Below, piece by piece: positions 59,032 to 64,000 of a stretch of 64,000 nucleotides of DNA. The notes below the pieces were generated by a model. It was not told the DNA's origin. It ran no database searches and saw nothing but the letters and a program-made list of their open reading frames with translations. The translations under genes were made by a program, and so were the position numbers. The DNA lies in the NCBI GenBank assembly GCA_027923505.1, contig BROI01000016.1, positions 124,001 through 188,000 of the forward strand, in the 5' to 3' direction. Within the stretch, counting starts at the first letter, position 1, and the number at the start of each line of letters is the position of its first letter. Origin of the DNA: Mayamaea pseudoterrestris (lineage: Eukaryota).

Positions 59032-62000
59032 TTATGCTGCTAGCGTGGACGTATACAACTTAGCAATCTCATCCGCGATACGAGTCAGCTGATGCCTTTC
59101 ATCCTTATTACTGCACCGCGACAGCACCGTTTGCAGTGAATTAAGTGTAATTAAATCGGGTCGCATCTCCAAATCACCAGCTTCGTAGGCTGCCTTCATC
59201 CGCTCGTACAGCATTCGTGCTTTTTCCGCAGCGTCGACACGCTCAGAGCGACTATAGGTATTAATACAAGTGTTGACGCTCCACGAGTCAGGCTTTAAAG
59301 ACCGATCACCATTAGCAAACTGCGTCTCCATAAACTTGAGCCATTCTTCAGCACGTTCCGCTGCGTTGTCAGCGTGACTTTTGGCCCATACGCCGATTAT
59401 CGAGTTGATTGTCACCCGATCAGGTCGCATGCTTCGCTCGCCGGCCTTGTAGCCTTCGTTCATTCGTCGAAGCAACGATTCAGCACGTGCTGGTGCATCA
59501 GGCTCGCCACTATTCTTCCACGCGAAGATTGCAGCGTTAAAACTTCTTGTATTTGGTCTAAGCGTTTGATCACCGGCCTTGCTGCGGACATCCATCTCGT
59601 CCAAGAGTTCCACAGCGCGCTCAGCAGCCTGCCGCCCGCCATTGGATCGAGCATGCGCGTCCATTACTGCGTTGTAAAACGTAAATCTCGGCTTGGCATA
59701 AATCTTGCCTCGTTCGTACAGTTCCTTTGTTTGTTGCAGCAAACCTTCGGCCAGCTGCGCACCTTCCTTGGAGGCACACTTGGCATATGCCTGGAGGCAA
59801 GCCGAGTATAGCATTGCTGTCGGCCGAAGCTCTCCAATCCCTGCGTTATACCCCGCTTCTGCCTCCTCCAAAACAAGCGACGCCAGCTCGGCAACATTGT
59901 CGACTTTAGCTTTCGTAAAAGTGTTAATCAAATAAGCATATGTCGTCGAATCTGGTCGCACGTCAGGGCAACCAGCCAGGTACAGCGCGTGCATTTCCCT
60001 CAAAAGTTCCTTGGCCCTCTCAGCTGCATTCGCTGCTCCACTCTTGGCAAGAATTTGGAAAATTTGCACAAACAGAATCGTGTTGGGACGCACGTCATTC
60101 GATCCAGTTTCCTCATACAGTCGCTTCATGTTGGCCATTATATCGTCGGCCCGTCGCAACGCCTTGGAGGCGCCGCTACACCGGGCCCACGCGTTCAGCA
60201 AACTCGCAAACGTTTTCGTGGTCGGCAAATAATCCAAGTCTCCAGTTTCGCGCCACAAGCCTTGCAACTCTCGATACAATTCCTCAGCTCGCTCCGCCGC
60301 TGCCACTGTTCCAACTTCGGCCAAAACGGTGATGAGCGCCGTGTAGGTAATCTTGCATGGTTTCAGTTGAAGCTGCTTTCGGTCCCAATATGCCGTTTGC
60401 ATGTACTGCAGCAAGCCTTCCGCAGCAGCCACCGAGTCTTGTTCAACCTCCACGTCCATATTTTTGGCTAGTAGATTGATCCATGCGTTTAAAAATACCG
60501 AGTTTGGTCGATCGTTTGCATACAGTTCCATTCGTCGCAACAAGTCGTTGGCGATTTGACTCTTGACGCGACCCGATTTGGCGTACGCCGTCAAAACGGA
60601 TGTGTAGGCAACCACGTCGGGACAAAGACTGGTCGAGTTTGTTGCCAAATACAATTGCTCCATTTCCGTCAGCAGTGCATCCGCCTGCTTGGCATTGGCC
60701 ATGCTACCCTCGCTCTTGGCGAACGCGTCAATGCAAGTCGTGTAGGATATCTTGTCGGGCGCAAAGTGCACTTGACCAGCGTCAGCAAGTTTTTTCATTT
60801 CCTGCAGCAGTCGCTGAACATGCTGCACTTGTCCGGAGCGAGCATATGCGTTGATGCATGCATTGAAGGAAACCTTGGTCGGTTTGACACTGCCATTGTG
60901 CTCCAAAAGTCTTCGCAAGATTGCTTCCGCCCGCATGCCCGCATCAACGTGATTGGAAACTGCCCAGGCATCCATCACGGCATTGTGACAATAGTCTGTA
61001 TCAAGTTGAATATGCGGAGACGACTCGAGCTGATGCAATAGTTCGGATGCTCTCGTGGCGCCGCGGATTCCATCATTGGCCTTGGCGTAGGCATGCAAGA
61101 CGCTTCCGTAGGAGTACGAGTTGGCTCGTAGATTGTGTCGTTGCGTTTGAGCGCTCAATGTGAGTAGTATTGACAGTAGTTGATCCGCTTTTTGTGCTGC
61201 CGTAATGCTTCGCTGTCGGCTCCAGGCCGAAAGAACAATGTTGAATGAAACCGTGTCGTAGTCTGTGCTGTTGAAATGAATCTTTTCGAGTAGCAAGTCG
61301 GTCGCTTGTTGCGCAACGGATTGTTTACTGCTACTAGTACTTATGCTGGTTCTGTTACTGACTTGCTGCTTCACTTGATGCTGCTTGACGAGTAGATTGA
61401 GTTGTCGATTGAAAAGAACGGCGCCTTCGGTTGTATTGTACGCGCTCGCTTGTCGAGCAATGTTGGTGTTGGTGGCATTTGATTTTGATTTAGCGGTAGA
61501 GGAATTGTTTCGTAGCCGTCGCACCTGCGGTCTCTTCTTATTCGTATCTTGTGAAGACCTCTTATTTGCAGCTTTTGTATGATTGCGAGATTGTAGAGTC
61601 GTTCGATTTGAAGCATTCGCTTGTAATGAATGATGTGATTTTGACTTCAATCGAAAAGGATCGTTTCGCTGCTGATTTCGACGTTGTCGAGGCAAAGCAG
61701 ATTTACTGGACACGGTCGCGTTAATAAGGCTGCTTTCCAATGTCGATTTCATAGTTGAGTAGCGATTCACTGCTAGATAGTTTGATTGTCGATTGGTTGA
61801 TGTCCAAGCATGAACGGATGATGTGATGGTGAGCACCAGCAGATGACTCCAGCGTAGATTGCAGCGTATTCTGCTTGTAGATGAAACATTCTGCCATTGA
61901 CAATCATTATGAAAGCAGGGTCTATCTTTATTTAGCATTTCTTGTCGCATGTTTCGCATTTCCAATAATATTTGCTGCTCCATCGCCCCGTCATATGCCA

Positions 62001-62178
62001 TGCCGATGATGGATGAGCGAGAAAGTCGTGATGGAACGAACGGATGCGACGCGACTGTCGCACCAGCATTAGATTGACAGTGAAACGGTTTTGAACATGT
62101 CATACCGGTTTTCGAGGAAGGAGTCGTCGGCCGCTCCCCAGATTTGCATTTTGCATTCGACCGATCAATGTATTCCAT
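59032..62178 (-). CDS. Pentatricopeptide repeat (PPR) protein, probably organelle-targeted; the true start is likely downstream of 62178
   Basis: Repeated PPR-like motifs (DTVSFNIVLSAW, SYGSVLHAYAK, PDKISYTTCIDAFAK, PNTRSFNAAIFAW); LLVLTITSSVHA-W signal-like segment. Confidence 0.9.
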   Translation of the reverse strand: MEYIDRSNAKCKSGERPTTPSSKTGMTCSKPFHCQSNAGATVASHPFVPSRLSRSSIIGMAYDGAMEQQILLEMRNMRQEMLNKDRPCFHNDCQWQNVSSTSRIRCNLRWSHLLVLTITSSVHAWTSTNRQSNYLAVNRYSTMKSTLESSLINATVSSKSALPRQRRNQQRNDPFRLKSKSHHSLQANASNRTTLQSRNHTKAANKRSSQDTNKKRPQVRRLRNNSSTAKSKSNATNTNIARQASAYNTTEGAVLFNRQLNLLVKQHQVKQQVSNRTSISTSSSKQSVAQQATDLLLEKIHFNSTDYDTVSFNIVLSAWSRQRSITAAQKADQLLSILLTLSAQTQRHNLRANSYSYGSVLHAYAKANDGIRGATRASELLHQLESSPHIQLDTDYCHNAVMDAWAVSNHVDAGMRAEAILRRLLEHNGSVKPTKVSFNACINAYARSGQVQHVQRLLQEMKKLADAGQVHFAPDKISYTTCIDAFAKSEGSMANAKQADALLTEMEQLYLATNSTSLCPDVVAYTSVLTAYAKSGRVKSQIANDLLRRMELYANDRPNSVFLNAWINLLAKNMDVEVEQDSVAAAEGLLQYMQTAYWDRKQLQLKPCKITYTALITVLAEVGTVAAAERAEELYRELQGLWRETGDLDYLPTTKTFASLLNAWARCSGASKALRRADDIMANMKRLYEETGSNDVRPNTILFVQIFQILAKSGAANAAERAKELLREMHALYLAGCPDVRPDSTTYAYLINTFTKAKVDNVAELASLVLEEAEAGYNAGIGELRPTAMLYSACLQAYAKCASKEGAQLAEGLLQQTKELYERGKIYAKPRFTFYNAVMDAHARSNGGRQAAERAVELLDEMDVRSKAGDQTLRPNTRSFNAAIFAWKNSGEPDAPARAESLLRRMNEGYKAGERSMRPDRVTINSIIGVWAKSHADNAAERAEEWLKFMETQFANGDRSLKPDSWSVNTCINTYSRSERVDAAEKARMLYERMKAAYEAGDLEMRPDLITLNSLQTVLSRCSNKDERHQLTRIADEIAKLYTSTLAA

Positions 62179-62393
62179 TCCGTTCGTACCTCTGCTACCA
62201 ACCGCAGGGCTCTTTACACCGATGAAGCTTTATTCATTGGACAGACGTTGTTAATCGATAGAGATTTACGCTGTTGGTACGTTGATGGAGGCAATGATAC
62301 AATGCTTGCTCGCTTCTCGCTTCTTCACCGTTGCTTTCGACAGTAAACTCACTCACTTTTTCACTCGATCCTACTGTACAGAACTATCAGATC

Positions 62394-63488
62394 ATGCACT
62401 TGATACTGTCTTCAATTCTTTGTCTTATTGCGACTGCCGCAGTCTTTGTCACGAGTTTGTTTCTGCTTCCAACTCCAGTCATTGACTCGGCCAAGCAAAC
62501 ACTTAGAACAACATCGGCATCCACTATAGCAACTCGAGAACAATGTAACACTGCAAAGCAATTGAATGATCAGCAACCACTCTTGGATTTGCATATTTGT
62601 CGTGCTAACCTTGCCAATGCTTCCAAGAATCCATACATTTGTGACGGACCGGCCTACGACGACTTTACGACGCGCATGCTCCACTATGCTAACCGGCAAG
62701 ACAGTACAACCTGGGGACGCCGACCGTTTCCTCTACCGAACAATACTTATGTATTCATGCTTGGAAACTCGCATACTCGACAAGTCTTTAACACTCTACT
62801 CTGCGAGTATCAAAATGTCATCTCCAGTTCGCGCAGTTATAATGATAGTGTTGGCGCTTCCAGCAAGTCTACTTTTGGATTCACCATGAGTCACCACTTT
62901 GCAAACAATGCCACACTTGTGACTGTTTCAAACTCACCGCTCGTCTACAATGAGCAGCAATGGGCCAAGACCTTTGAGAATCTACTCGACCGTTCGCTCG
63001 ATTCCATGGACGCCATCATAATGGGTCGGTTCAACCACTTTGAAACCACGAGCAAATATGGGCGCGAAATAACAGCATACTCTCAGTCACATCCGGAGCT
63101 GTTTGACGATTCCTATGCGTCACCAACCATTGAAAGCTTGGCCGCCATATACAAAGGTCCCGTCATTGCCGTTCCAATGTTTGCACCGCACGGACAAGAC
63201 GTTGCGGAGAGTGCCTTGCGCGCCATACACTACTATCAAAACGAAACACTGCCGCCGCGAACCAACATTCGACTCGTCCATGCCCGCAAACATGTGGAAA
63301 TACTAGGCGAGTGCGGCTCCGACGTGCACACCGACGAGCCTGGTATCTGTCGCAACACTGGCGATAATCACAATGGTGGTAACTTGCGAGAGCCCGAAGC
63401 CATGCACCGATGTACCGGCATGAAAGGAGGACATCCCGACTTGGTGGCGTGGGATATAGTGGAGGAGTTGTATGACTTGCTGGAGTGA
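62394..63488 (+). CDS. Type II membrane SGNH/TBL-like protein (putative esterase or O-acetyltransferase)
   Basis: N-terminal TM; FMLGNSHTRQ (GDS-like nucleophile motif); C-terminal HRC...GHPD. Confidence 0.6.
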   Translation: MHLILSSILCLIATAAVFVTSLFLLPTPVIDSAKQTLRTTSASTIATREQCNTAKQLNDQQPLLDLHICRANLANASKNPYICDGPAYDDFTTRMLHYANRQDSTTWGRRPFPLPNNTYVFMLGNSHTRQVFNTLLCEYQNVISSSRSYNDSVGASSKSTFGFTMSHHFANNATLVTVSNSPLVYNEQQWAKTFENLLDRSLDSMDAIIMGRFNHFETTSKYGREITAYSQSHPELFDDSYASPTIESLAAIYKGPVIAVPMFAPHGQDVAESALRAIHYYQNETLPPRTNIRLVHARKHVEILGECGSDVHTDEPGICRNTGDNHNGGNLREPEAMHRCTGMKGGHPDLVAWDIVEELYDLLE

Positions 63489-64000
63489 TTCATGAGCGCA
63501 CTGTGGATTAGTTGAATATGTCAAGAGTCGACAATGTGTGTGCAACGGCGACGAGGCAGAGTATTGAGTACACAAGGCGATACAAGCACTCACGCTAGCA
63601 AATAAAAATATTATAGATTTGCGCGCAGAAGTAGCTTGTCTTGCTCGTCCACAACATTGCGACTGCTTGGCTCGTCTACGTAATGAATGCATGGTTGTCA
63701 GAGTCATGGTCATTGACACATTGGCTATAGCCTTAGCTGTTATGCAGGACACATATGACATTTAATACTATTGCCTTTGTGACCGACCATAACAAAGTGA
63801 TCGTGCCAGAAATAATAAGGGCGAGCGTTGTTCTCCCAAATCCTGTTCGAAAGTCGAGCCTCACAATCAGTCTCGCGACTGCACGGCTACCTTGAATCGA
63901 AGGCGAAGAGACGACAATTATATACCATAGAGAGGCATGCTCGCTCACATGCAAAAGGTTGCCAACAAGAGTCGCCGGCGCGACTTTTACGCCGTTGCTT

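Noticed and set aside
1..64000. rRNA/tRNA genes, transposase or reverse-transcriptase ORFs
   Set aside because: None recognised by eye; tRNAscan-SE, Infernal and RepeatMasker would be needed to exclude them formally

Overview
Gene-dense eukaryotic DNA with short (~70-125 bp) GT-AG introns. The gene families present (C-terminal LRR receptors, signal-peptide SET proteins, bipartite plastid presequences, PPR) suggest a diatom or other photosynthetic stramenopile; this is inference. The first 20 kb holds three tandem minus-strand genes for giant secreted proteins: signal peptide, unnamed Cys-rich domain, Pro/Ser/Thr repeat stalk (up to 32 x 144 bp), type-3 copper tyrosinase, and a Cys-rich C-terminus. 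Next come two LRR membrane proteins, a GT32 glycosyltransferase, a kinase, a secreted double-SET protein, a Lys-rich tandem winged-helix protein and a convergent pair of bacterial-adhesin-like (DUF11) secreted proteins. The right part has an EH-like protein, a metallophosphoesterase, a tautomerase, a PhoD + PstS pair, a PPR protein and an SGNH-like protein. A dispersed 42-bp minisatellite cassette carrying phased TGACGT motifs lies upstream of genes at three separate loci. Exon boundaries were inferred by hand from splice consensus and reading frame; no database searches were run.
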